A stretch of 63,241 nucleotides of DNA, the filler included, from Stramenopiles sp. TOSAG23-6 (taxonomy: Eukaryota): the NCBI GenBank assembly GCA_900128565.1. It is 4 parts of 4 records of this genome, joined end to end, with 100 filler letters (N's around TTAATTAATTAA, not from the genome) between each part and the next. Parts side by side here need not be neighbours in the genome. Positions count along the whole stretch, not along the records: positions 15,915 to 31,668 come from LT636106.1; 3 more parts are not named here. One strand, given 5' to 3'. The first letter of the stretch is position 1, and each line of letters starts with the position of its first letter. Positions 19,860 to 31,613 of the stretch are shown one piece after another. The translations under genes and the position numbers were made by a program. The notes under the pieces are model-generated. The model saw only the letters and a program-made list of their open reading frames with translations, did no database searches and was not told where the DNA came from.

Positions 19860-22760
19860 TATACACAAGGTAGGAAAAAAATAAATAAAAATTCCAATAA
19901 TATATTTCAACAATACATACGAAATTAAAATGAATAATGATGAAAAAAATAAATAAAAATTCCAATAATATTATCAACAATACATATGAAATCAAAATGA
20001 ATAATGATGAAAACGTGCATTTCAAAATTTTCTTTTGTTCCTTTTTCTGTTTTCTTCGATGTTTTTTTTTTTAAACGGTCTTTTCCGCAGACTCGACATC
20101 GTAGCACTTTATGACTGTTTAATAAAGTGCAATACTTGCAACTCCATTCCTTTTTCTCTATATATACAATTAACCCACAATCAGCAATATTTTGTTTATT
20201 TCTATGTTCCTTTATTTTGGAAATAGACTTAGGGTTAGGTTTCTTTTTTTTTGTATTTTGTATGTCTTTATAATGTCCAGTATTATTTGATTTGTCTGAT
20301 GGATCCAAAGTGTTCAAAATACTATTTTTTGTATTATTTTTTGTACTATTTTCTGGATGATTTACTACTGATACACTTCCATCTGGATAAGATATACAGG
20401 TGTCAAGATGTTTTTCTTCATTCTTTGAAGCACTAATAACTTTACTCATATTCGATATTTTTTGGAAAATGTTTTTGCATCTATCCATCAGATTGTCAGT
20501 CTCNTTTTTTTTNCNTTTCGTCAGNTTTTGACAGTAAAATTGACAAACCAAATCCTAACGACGTTGTTGCATCATGTATACGTTCTTCAATGAATGCCAG
20601 CATTACATCAATACCAGATAATAATAGTCGCCAATCCCATTTATTATCAAATACTTGAGGAGATGCTGAGAACGTAAATCCAACAAAATCTACATTCGCA
20701 TAACTTTGAACTAAATGGCGTAAAGCACGAAGAAGAGTCAAAGTTTTTATCGAGCATATACCAATTTTATTAGGGTTAGGGTTAGGGTATATACCAATTT
20801 TATTCTCATGACAAAATCGCATATTTTTATGAGTTATTTCGTTTGAAGTTGCGCTACGATTTGTTCTAGATCTCTTATTTTGTTTTGTATTCAATTCATT
20901 TTTATCTGAAAAACATCTTTTATTTTTAGAGTTTCCATTAGAGTTAGTTGTAGAGTCATTTAATTTGGAAAAATATTTCAAAAAAAATCTTGAAAAAAAA
21001 TGTTAGGTATAAAAGTTCGTACGAAAACCAAAAAAAAAAAACAAAAAAAAAAAAATTTAGAATTTGAAAAAAAATAATACATACATTGAATTTATCTTGA
21101 GGTTTCTTTTTTTCTATAATTGATCTTACATTTGGCGCATGTAAGGCATGTAAAAAATCTGCACCAGCAAATATTATATCGAGCATCGATTGAACAGCAT
21201 TCCAAACAATTTTTCGATGATTTATAGCATAAGGCCACATAGAATTCAGGCTACATTTTGTATCAAACGAATTTCGAATTTGCGTGTTGCGCTTATCTTT
21301 TGAATTCCCTTGTGAATTAGACTTTGTGTCGCATTTTGTACCTAATATATTTATACCGCGTTCCCCGAGCCAATGATGATCCTCAACACCGACCAAGTAC
21401 TGTGAAAAAATATGTCAAATTTGAATTTTGTAAGGTATGAAATTTCAAATTTGGTTTAAAAAAAAAAAAAAAAAAAAAAATCTTGAGCTACTTACATATA
21501 ATAGCCAGATCGTATTAATTTTTGTCTATTTTTTAATGAAGATTGTTTTATTAACTGTGAATTGGGGAATGCATTTGAAAAGAATCTTGGTATAGATTTG
21601 ATACCTAAATGAAACGTTTTACCTACAATCAAGGGAATGTCTTTTCCCCCGAAATGTCCTAGGGTTAGGGGTTTTCCCTCGAAATGTCCTAGGGTTAGGG
21701 GTTTTTTGGTTGGAAATTGTCGGATTATAAAAAGAGTCTCCGGTGGTAATATTAAAAGATCACCAGTATTAATACAATGATTCCATATACGTGCGTAATC
21801 AATCATTGGGCAACCATGTAATAAATTCTCCAATGGAGAATTATTTTCTAACTTTCTAGGGTTATTTTCTAAATTCGTAGGGTTAGGGTTTCTAGTGTTT
21901 GACTTATTATCAGTAGGGTTAGGGTTTCTAGTGTTTGACTTATTATCAGTTTGAGATTGCTGGTCTACAAAGAAATTCGGTAATAACCATGCCTTATCTT
22001 CTCTGTGTATTGCTATAATTTCTACACATCCACTGATACACGAAATAATTGTATTAAAAGGATGCTGTTCCCAATTACCAAATTCATTATTTTTGGAATG
22101 TCCAATAGTTAAAAATTGAAAAGAATCTCCTGGAAACGAATGACTTGAAATATCAGCTGATGTATCAGATGTATCAGATTGTATAGAATTAGAATTTCCT
22201 AATTTGGTTTTATTACCACTTTGAAGCCGTAAGATATCTAACCCTAGACATTCAGGCAATCTAAATCGGAAACGCTCGGCTCCTTTTGTAACACCAAATT
22301 TCCAATTATTGATTTTGTATAATAAACTTCTTCTAGACGATACGTGGGGCTTGGAAATTAGTTTATCGTCTTTGTCTTTTTTATTTTTCAAATGTTTACC
22401 ATCGCCGGATAAAATATGTAGAGCTTCGCGAAGTTTCTTCATAACTGTAGATCTTGGTGTACCGTCTGGAAAAATCTCTTGTATGGGAACTAGTTCATCC
22501 CCCAACATAGTTATTAGATAATCACTGATTGTACCATCATTATTAAGCCACTGATTTGCAAAAGGACAAAAACAGTAATCATCAACAATTTCTGAACTAT
22601 CTGATACAAGGTTAGTGTGACGCGATCCAAAACCAGATTTATACGAAATAACTATGGGGTCGCCACTACAAATATACTTTCCAATAGTTTCTTCGAGTCC
22701 TTTCTGTCGAATACTAATCACCTCTAACGGTAGAAAAGAGGTGAAGGTGTCACGTAACAT
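19343..22760 (-). CDS. Putative chromatin protein: cupin/JmjC-like region, RanBP2-type zinc finger, two Tudor-knot/chromo-barrel domains (3 introns; frameshift near 20500 at ambiguous bases)
   Basis: Five collinear ORFs joined by introns I10-I12; WSCKYCTLLN..RCRVCG; VHYNEWDKKFDEY and IHYKSFNDEWDQWI; GDLLILPP cupin-like motif. Confidence 0.6.
19734..20018 (-). mobile_element. Diverged family intron I10, 285 nt, GC...AT, enlarged by internal duplication and microsatellite
   Basis: gaaat|GCACGTTTTCATC...GAGCCTAAT...ATATTTTTCAAAAAATAAAT|gacg; restores frame (FEMTSYEV). Confidence 0.7.
19803..19860. repeat. (TAGA)n microsatellite inside intron I10
   Basis: agatagatagat... read directly. Confidence 0.95.
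20958..21084 (-). mobile_element. Introner-family intron I11, 127 nt, GT...AT
   Basis: ttcaat|GTATGTATT...TTTCGTACGAACTTTTATACCTAAC...AAATATTTTTCCAAATTAAAT|gactct; phase 0 join. Confidence 0.8.
21395..21495 (-). mobile_element. Family intron I12, 101 nt, GT...TT
   Basis: tatat|GTAAGT...TTTCATACCTTAC...CATATTTTTTCACAGTACTT|ggtc; the nearby CAG gives an out-of-frame join. Confidence 0.7.
21650..21950 (-). repeat. Two in-frame tandem duplications (30 bp and 36 bp), each unit carrying TAGGGTTAGGG
   Basis: KPLTLGHFxG x2 and TDNKSNTRNPNP x2. Confidence 0.85.
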
Positions 22761-23074
22761 CAATGAATGTTATAACATTAAAACAATTATTCCTTAATCA
22801 TATGATTCATATCATATTGATGATTCTGAATATTTCTGATGAATAGAAAGAATCTCAAGTACTCACGACTCACGAGACGAGTCAAGTCACTCAAGTGACA
22901 GTCACGACACAAAAGAAGAATTCAAATGATTTATTGAGATTTCGTGTTTTGCATAAGATATATCGAACGTTTCAAATAAAGGACATGTTGACTGACCCAC
23001 TCTAACCAACTTTAACAAAACTTATATCAAAAGCATTCAGAAAGTGAATAATTATTGTACGGCTGAGATTAACT

Positions 23075-26000
23075 ATGGTTATTGTTGTTCCAGATTTCAC
23101 AAAGGGTCCAAGTTCGTGTATGTCTCCGACAATAAGACCTCGCACAGTGCGCAGCATACTACGTGACACCAGTAGAGAACTAATAAAGCCTTCGCGTACT
23201 CCGTTGCCTCATGCATCTACCTTTAGAGAAAAAGATGAACTTGAAGGATTAATAAAGCAAAAGGAAATCAAGAAAATCCAGGCTAGTAGGAGACGACAGA
23301 AAGCAAAAATACAAATGCGTAAAGACCGGATCGTCAGGAGGGGTGCTAGAATTTCCCCAGCGGAAGAAGCCGCTAGGACGGTCGTACCAGGCTTAGATTC
23401 TCCGAAAGATAAGTCTTACATTGGTAAAAATAACAGCGAATGGCGTCCATTGGATTTTGCACCTTTGCCGCTACCAGAATTTGGTATAGTTCGTAGTAAT
23501 GTGCGTATTCATAGAGGTAAGTGCAATTCGAAGAAAGAAAAAGCACTAAAAACATTGTCTGAAAAGGGATTCGCCGATCCTTTGACAGGAATAGTTTCTC
23601 TTATGGGACATACTCCACACAGAAATAATAAAATAGACAATGTTCAAAGTGTAAAATCTGTAAAGAATCAAAACGTCGGCCATAACACGAACAGGAAACA
23701 AAAGTTACTATACTTTGATTTGGGATATGGTCATGGACACTCGAAAGAACACATTGTCGAAGACAACTTTGAAGAGACTTCTATGAATGCAACTGGGGAG
23801 GATAGTTCTCAGAATAATACTAGAGAAAAGAGTTTCCAAAATACTACCAAACAGGGTAACTCTGAAATAGAACAAAATAGTGGTGATCTGGATAGCAAAA
23901 ATCATAAAGTATCAGAATCTGATAAAAGTATTAATGACGCAACAGCTGCTGAATTACTTCTTAAGGGTTTTCGTCGTCGTAAATCTAAGGTGAAGGCAAC
24001 GGAGAGTTTAGCCGATATTTTAAAATTGGCAAAGAACCAGAAAGATGGTTTATATCGACATTTGGGAGAATTAGAACAAGAGCAAGTTTATTTAAATATG
24101 CATAATTGGGTAAACAATTTCAGTCGTGAAAAAACAGAGTATGCTTCGAACGACGTATTTCTTCAAGTAAAGTTGGCATCTGTTTTTTCCATTACGTCAG
24201 ACATGTCTACAACCTCAGATCTCTCAAGAGATAGGGTACATGCTATTCTACAACTTTTGATTGAATATGGTGAAAGACTTGGGGAAACATCACCATTGGC
24301 TATTGTTGCTTTAGCAGTTTGTAAACATTCGATAATGCATGCACGCGAACCAGAAGGTCAAGGCGAAGCACACACGACAATTGAAAATCTTACAGCGCTC
24401 TTTTCAGGACAAAGAGTTGAAAGTGATGAAGAATTGCAGATTAGCCTTGCGATGCTGAGTATATTAAGTGGTGGTAATTCGGTACAAGAACGTTGGAAGT
24501 TCTTGCGAAGGCATTTACTATATTTCAATGCGTATGCGCGAAATAAGGGCAAATTATATATGGAAAAGAAAAGACGTAAAGCTATAGTTTTTAAGCTTGC
24601 GCGACGTGATAGACAACGAGTAGTTGAAAAGCGCGCAGCTGAGAATATAAGAATGTGTTGGAGTTCGGCATTTCTTTTGCCTTTTCTTCTTCACTGGAAA
24701 AAGTTTGTCTTAATGAAGGAAGGTAAGAGAATTCAGGAAGTTGCTGCGCATTTTCTTAATGCTGTTAGAAGGAAGAGTACTGTTTCATACTTTCAATCGT
24801 GGGTAGTTTACGTAGAACAGTCTAAATGTCGTAAGGCTCTTGCATTAAAAGAAGGACAGTTAAAGCGTATACGCATCTTAACCGGAAATGTCAAACGTGT
24901 AAAACAGTCCATACTCAACAAACAGAAAGAGAAGGAAATTGTTGCTGCCAAAGTTAAAGAAATTCAAGAAAAACTTGATGATGCCCTCCGTATACTTCGC
25001 TTACCAGAAAGACAGCCCCCAACACTAGCTTCAATCCTGAAAGGGTTCTGTAGTGCAGCAATACCATTAGAGCGTGTGCTTGACTGTGGGTCACACGATA
25101 TTTTAAATGATATCTGTCGAGGAGGCTCAGGTACAGAAAGATTTCAGCCCATGATGATGTATGATTCATCGGGTAATAGTAAAAATGTAGGTGAAGAAGA
25201 GCAAGAAGATCCTTGGGATGAAACGAAAGAAGAAGAAATCAGGTCTTGGGTACCAGGTAAACATCTACTTACAGTGGTTAAAGAGAAAACACCAGCATTC
25301 AGACCATTTAGTACTCGAGTGGGACACAGATTACTTCGCTGGTTGAATTTTCAAGTTGCTGAAAGTGGAATTTTAACTGAAGAAATCTCTAAATTAATAA
25401 ATGCGACGAATGGGGAAAGCATGTATTTGGCAAAGCCCCTTCAAGATGGTAAACTTTTGACAACTATTATCCGCACCCTTTCGAAGAAAGAATTTGCAAT
25501 GAACAGAACAAAACTCATATATCCTTCGTTTTTCAGGTGCATTCATGTCGAGCGAAATGATGCTACAGGTACAAAAGAAGGTGTGTACTACTGGGCTCCA
25601 GGTCACGTCATTCCTCGAATGAAATATGAGCATATTGGACCAGGTTTCAAACTATCTGAAAAAGAATGGCTAGAACGCTTTCCTGAAAATGAAGAAGAAT
25701 TGGTCCCTGGGAGTTTTGGTTATTTAACCCGAGAAGAGTTGAATCAGATGACTAATGAACCTATTGCCTTTGATGATGCAAAATTTGCATCTTTGAGCAA
25801 TAAAGAGGTTCGTTGGGTTTATGTAGCATGGCTGAGAAATGGTGTGCGTATTGTGCTCACCCCAGATGAATTTAAACAACGATTTCCAGGTGATAAAGGT
25901 TTCGATTTTAAAAAAATGGTATCTCTTGAATCTTTATCTTGCCTTAAAGCTGCTCTGTCCGAGATACAAAATTTATTTCAGTGTGGTCGTTTTGTAAACA

Positions 26001-27797
26001 CCACTGAGAAAATTACAGGGAAAACAGAACCTCCTACGGCAGAGGAACTACAGATCCAAGCCGCAAGACTTGAAAGGTTAAAACAACGTGAATTATCAAC
26101 AGGTATCGTTGTACATGTCATGAGTAAATATTGTGGTACTCGGGTTGCCATACCAACTGAAAGTGTATTAGAGCCTTTCGCCTTCGCTCTAATTGGTCAA
26201 ATTTGCTGTCTCCATCCAAATACGCAAATAACAGCACAAATGCAAGTTTACCGTGACAAAGCAACGGTTGCCGCTTGTGAAGCTATTCAAAAAAAGTTGT
26301 TTTGGATCAATTCGCACATAATTCGAATTTTCTATCATAATGATGTCGCACCGGTAGATCTAAGCTTGGATGAGTTAGATGGGCGTATTACTAAGCTTAG
26401 ATCTGTGCGACAACAGCTATTCGAAAACTATATAGATGCAATGAATCGAATGCAAGTATGCCGCGCCGAGCGAGCTGCTTTCAAAGAGTGGACTAGCGAC
26501 ATTATACATGTTTCTAATCAGTCACTGTGCACTACCATACTTTCTCGGAAAGTGCGCAAAGAAGAAGATTTGGATGATGGCACTTATACTACTGTTGATT
26601 CTGTACAATTGCAGGCAACTTTCCAGAAAATCGGAGGAGAAATTGTCAAAGATAGTACGCTACAAGAAGACGAAATCAAAAAAATATCCCAAGTTCTTCG
26701 CCAACGAATTCGTGATTTAAAGCGCATTTTTGCGTTTTACTGTGCCATGGGGACATCAAATGATGGTAATGATGATGAAGTCGGTGGCGAAGCTTCATTA
26801 GATAAGGCTGAATACTGGCGCTGGGTAAAAGATTGCAAATTTCAGAAGAATCGTAAAGCTTTGCCTTCAGTTCGACTCGATTTAATCTTCCAAAATGCAA
26901 TGACCGATTATAGTAAAACAGGGAAAGCTCGAATAGCAGGATTATCAAGCAACGACTTGGTTGCAAAACAATGGATCAATTCATTGGTTCGCATTGCTTG
27001 TTATCGTTTTCAACATGTGAAGCCGCCATTAAAATTGCATAAACGCGTGGAGAAATTATTACACGAATGGATAATTCCTAATGCATGTATGTTTTATTTT
27101 TTTTCAAATTCGAATGTTTTTTTCGTACGAAATTTTGTACCTAACAAATTTTTTTTCAAATATTTTTCTAAAATACATGCTCTGTCGACATAGATGTGTT
27201 CCGCGATCGGGTGGCTTTAAAAGAAGTTCAAGCTCGTCTTACAGCGATGCGAAGATTCTTGAAGCCAATATTTAATGAATATGCTGCTGATGACGACAGT
27301 GATGCTGCTATTAATTCACTTGGCACTGTCAATGTAAATGAATTAACTACATTTGCAAAAGAATGTAATTTATTTGGTCCTTTGTTTGGATATCGATCAC
27401 TGCGAACAATATTTTGCTACTGCCAACAGGAAGAGGAAGCATTAGAGGAAAACGAAGAAGATGGAGAAGAGTCAGAAATGGTATATTCGGAATTTAAGGA
27501 GGTGGTCGTTGCAATAAGTTGTTTTATGCGACCTAATCCATATGTAACTAGTATGTATTATTTATTACACTTTTGTATTCATATATCCAACGTATTACCC
27601 ATTTTTCTTGTTTACTACACAGCAGTTTTAACACTTGTATAAATATTCATCATATATATACTTTTCTTTTCAATATCAACAACACTACAGTGGAAATCAA
27701 TGCTTATAATTTTGTAAATGAAATGGTGATGCCTGCTTTAGTAAGTTTACCACGATTTGGTGGTAAAAAAAAACTTAAATGGAAGAAACCAAAGTAA
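23075..27797 (+). CDS. Large hypothetical protein with coiled coil and C-terminal EF-hand-like region (exons 23075-27086, 27179-27550, 27691-27797)
   Basis: 1372-aa ORF plus two exons joined in frame; LKRIFAFY...LDKAEYWRWVKDC, MVYSEFKEVV. Confidence 0.7.
27087..27178 (+). mobile_element. Introner-family intron I13, 92 nt, GT...AT
   Basis: gcat|GTATGTTTT...TTTCGTACGAAATTTTGTACCTAAC...AAATATTTTTCTAAAATACAT|gctct. Confidence 0.88.
27551..27690 (+). other. Canonical GT-AG intron I14, 140 nt, lacks the family core
   Basis: acta|GTATGT...CACTACAG|tggaa; in-frame join. Confidence 0.8.
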
Positions 27798-27905
27798 TTT
27801 TATATAAATGTCAATGTAACTATTTTAACGAATATTGCTATTTATTTTTGTAGTAAAGATATATCTCGTAACTATATCCAACTACTACATTCGTATATCA
27901 CAAAT

Positions 27906-30900
27906 CTACCGTTTACCTCGATATCTTAACCCAGAAGAAGTAGAAGACGCAGAAGAAACATTCTTACTTCCCGTCGAAGTAGACTTTGTTACATTTTCGG
28001 ATGTACTACTTAATAATTCCGCTGCGGCAGCTTTCCGTCTACGCCAGTACATAAAGGCGCATCCTCCCCACACAAAAATATTTCCAGAACAGAAGATCAG
28101 TAAACCACCAAACACTTTAATAAATGTCATAAATACTGGCATTAAATCAGAAAGAGTGGTTGCCTTCGCACTTTCCATCATTGCTGAAAATATATCTGGA
28201 GAAAATACCCACGTACAGAACCTATCCCATACAAACGTACCAACTAATGCTAGAGAGACGAGATACATTACATGAAAACGAAATGCATCATCAGGAAATG
28301 GTTCCAAATGAATTAAACCATTTACATATGGGCTTACAGCCCACGCGCATGCACCCACGCCAGCAAAACATAAAAATAACGACAAAAATAAAGCGTGATT
28401 TTCAATTGTACCTTTCATCCATGGTCTACCTTTGTAGTTTACAAATAAAACAGCAACGATTGATGATGTTTCTACCAAAAATACGACTGTATTCATCAAA
28501 TTTGGCATAAATGGACGTGACCACATAAACATAATATCTGCAAAAGGGTCGGCAGTTACATCTGTAATGTCAGATTCTGAGGAATCCGATATTGCTTGGA
28601 GTGCATCATAATCATCATCATATGTCTTTGCAGCATTGCGATTGAAAGCAACCACAGCTTTTAATGCTTTTGGGCCCATTGCTTCTGTTGCTAGATGTAC
28701 TGCTGAAACCATACAATACAAATGTATGCAGGCCTGGCCAATCATTGAAATAAATATTGTCGGGTGAAATAGTGAATGCAATGGCCGTGTACGATGCATT
28801 TTATCTACAGGAGTTGCGTATGAAAAGGCTAAAGATGCAATCATAATAAGCCAAGACGAAGCCATCAACTGCCGTTCCGAACTTCGTGCACCTTCAAGTG
28901 ATAAAGCTGAGAGAGTGTACGCTGAAATTATACATTCAAGCATCATATATAGTAAAAAAATATGTTTGAAGTTTGAATTTTGTTAGGCGCGTGACAAAAT
29001 TGGACAACAAAAACAAATTAAAATTGGAATGAATGATGAAAACATACATGATCTGTTGCTGTTGAAGGGCACTAAGTAAAGTACAACGCCCTTGGCGAAT
29101 AATATCAACAACCGTGCGAATCGTTGGCGTCCTTGAGGTAAAAGGAGCAGCCACTGATGCATCACCTGGGCGCACAACAGGAAGCATACCTCCCATATCT
29201 TCCATATCACCTAAAGCATCCATTGGATTTCCAGAATCTGCTTTGTACACATTATTCTTCGAACCAAGTCTTCTTGATTCCATTTGCATTTCATTTTTGA
29301 CTCGCAAAGTTACATTCTTTAAAGCAGTCAAATTTGCCATGAAACCTGTTTGCCCTTCTGCCGCAAGTCTTGCAAGTTCTTCTTCCAGCATTTCTTTTTG
29401 TTTTCCTGCCAATTCCTTTTGTTTTGTAGCGAGAATAGCTTTAGATTTTGCCTGCATCACCGCCTGGGAACGTTTTAAATCTTCGGCCTGTTTATTCAAC
29501 TCATCTTCAGTACTTCCAGCACTATTTTCAATTTTGGATAATGATGTTTTATCATCTTTAGCTGTCGTTGTGTTGGCATTGCCGTACCCTGAAAGCAATG
29601 CTAGGCCAACATCAGCTTGTTTTAATGCACCAACGTCATTACCACCATCACCACACATAAGAACATGGTGACCTTTACGCCGCTGCATCTCACGAATAAG
29701 TATTGTGAAAAAATATTTCAGAAATTTGAAATTCGTTAGGTATGATATTTTAACTAAAAATAAATGAATTCATTAAAATAATCAAAACGTACAATCTTGG
29801 CTTTTCCTTGAGGAGACATTCGAGCAAATACTTGAATAGCATCAACATGATCCCACAACGTTCCACCACTTTTCTCTGCTGCCGCTAAGAGAACTTTTTC
29901 TGTTACAACCAAATTATTATGTTTTGCAAGTTCAGGAATTCCTAAAGCATTAAAGGGAACAGAAATACGTTCTGATACATCACCCGTTGCAGAATTCCAT
30001 GTAAATTGTTCACCAGTACTATCAACAGTCAATACCAATGACGAATAGCTATCCGTACCGATTTTAGATAAGACATTCTTCTTAGAGTCACTTCCATTTT
30101 GTACAACATTGTCACGGCATATACCCACCTCTTTAGCAACATGAAGCGCTGTCAAAGGCGCATCACCTGTAATCATTGCAACGGAATGGTCAGATTCACG
30201 CAAGGATCCTATTACTATACGCGAGTCTTTGCGAATCATACAAGTGAATGCAATAAAACCAGCGAAATGTAAATTGCTTTCTACCCACTCACGAGATGGA
30301 CCATCACCACCTTCTGTACCGCATTCTCCCTTTGCACATTGTTTATAAGCGAGCGCAAGCACACGCATTCCATGTTCGGCAAGATGTCGATAACTCTCAT
30401 CATACCAAGATGGAGCAGCGCCTTCAGCAAGTAATGATCGTAAAGCTTCAGGGGATCCTTTGACAAGACAATATTTACCACTGGAAAGGCCATTTTGGCG
30501 CCCCTCAACTTTACACACAACACTCATTCTCTGAAGCTTCGACGAGAAATGATACCGATGAAGTATCTTTGAAGATGAAACAGCAGAATTTCGAGCTTTT
30601 TTTTCAACACTACAAATTTTATTACGAATATTATCTATATCCTTTTGTAAATCGGAAATTTGCATATTTTGTTCAGGAGTTGCAGGTGCATTACCCGATT
30701 TGATTAAATCATGTAAAGCCTTCAATTTTTCAGATACCATTTTTTCACGCTTTTTGAGATTAATTGTAGTACCAGGAGTAGCAGTGTTAGTATCTGCATT
30801 AAATTGCCATTGAACGCCTTTTAGAGCCGCGAGTTCTATAGGATCACCTACCATACCAACATCTTTAACCTTTACCAAAGAGTGACACGATGCAAGAACT

Positions 30901-31613
30901 AATGCAGCCTCGGCGGATGATTCAGGTACTGGGCTAGTTTTACGAGGACATTTAGACACATCAAACTCTCCTGACTTTTGTTTTGCTTTTCCTACCTTAA
31001 GATCAGGTTCTGAATTAACAGTAACTACACCAACAGGCGATAACGTATCCGTTGTAATTGTCCCAGTCTTATCAAACAAACAATGTGAAACCTTTCCAGC
31101 ATACGGAACTCGAAATGGCTCGGTGCAAAAAAGACCCGCTTTCGTGAGAGACATGAGGGCAGTATTTACAGCTAATGCCATTTGCAGAGGAAGTCCTCGA
31201 GGAACGACAGATGTGATTATGTAATGAAGAAAAATATTTTGAGTTCGAAATTCGTTAGGTACAAAAACTTTGTTTTTTTTTTAATTGTTTTGGATTGTTT
31301 TTAATTGTTTTGGATTGTTTTGGATTGTTTTGAATTGTTTTGGATTGTTTTGGATTATTTTGGATTATTTTGGATTAGGTGCAAAAAAAGTTTAGGTAAA
31401 AAAACATACATAATGACACATTTCAATAATAATTCATGTGTCGTTCGATCACCCTTTTCAAGTCCTTTCTTCAAGACATATCCAGATGCAACTAAAGCAA
31501 AGAATAATAACAATAATAATGCTAAACCAATCTCTTTGGAATCTCCAGAGACTTTTTGAGTCGATGCAAACTCAATCATCTGCATTAACTCACCTTGCGA
31601 TGAACTGAACCCG
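27906..31613 (-). CDS. ATP13A1: P5A-type ATPase (Spf1/ATP13A1), 5'-truncated (exons 31613-31410, 31218-29793, 29697-29048, 28944-27906)
   Basis: TGFSSSQG, ITSVVP, FDKTGTIT, FSSKLQRMS, MITGD, MCGDGGNDVGALKQA, GDASVAAPFTS, IRQGRCTL, VNYKGRPW. Confidence 0.92.
28945..29047 (-). mobile_element. Family intron I15, 103 nt, GT...AT
   Basis: atcat|GTATGTTTT...GCCTAAC...CATATTTTTTTACTATATAT|gatg; no AG inside. Confidence 0.88.
29698..29792 (-). mobile_element. Family intron I16, 95 nt, GT...TT
   Basis: aagatt|GTACGTTTT...CATACCTAAC...AAATATTTTTTCACAATACTT|attcgt; TT on both sides. Confidence 0.82.
31219..31409 (-). mobile_element. Family intron I17, 191 nt, GT...AT, enlarged by a 10-bp tandem array
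   Basis: attat|GTATGTTTT...TTGTACCTAAC...AAATATTTTTCTTCATTACAT|aatc; restores CVIIITSVVP. Confidence 0.9.
31281..31378. repeat. 10-bp minisatellite (TTGTTTTGGA-like) inside intron I17
   Basis: tggattgttt repeated with variants. Confidence 0.9.

Noticed and set aside
20496-20551. Programmed frameshift or extra intron
   Set aside because: Falls in an N-containing T homopolymer with no intron motif; likely a sequencing error.
29114-29671. Antisense ORFs (for example 29114-29671, 7922-8392, 27835-28275 and many within dynein)
   Set aside because: Shadow frames of conserved genes with no independent motifs.
31281-31378. CRISPR-like array
   Set aside because: Contiguous 10-bp minisatellite with no unique spacers, inside a eukaryotic intron.
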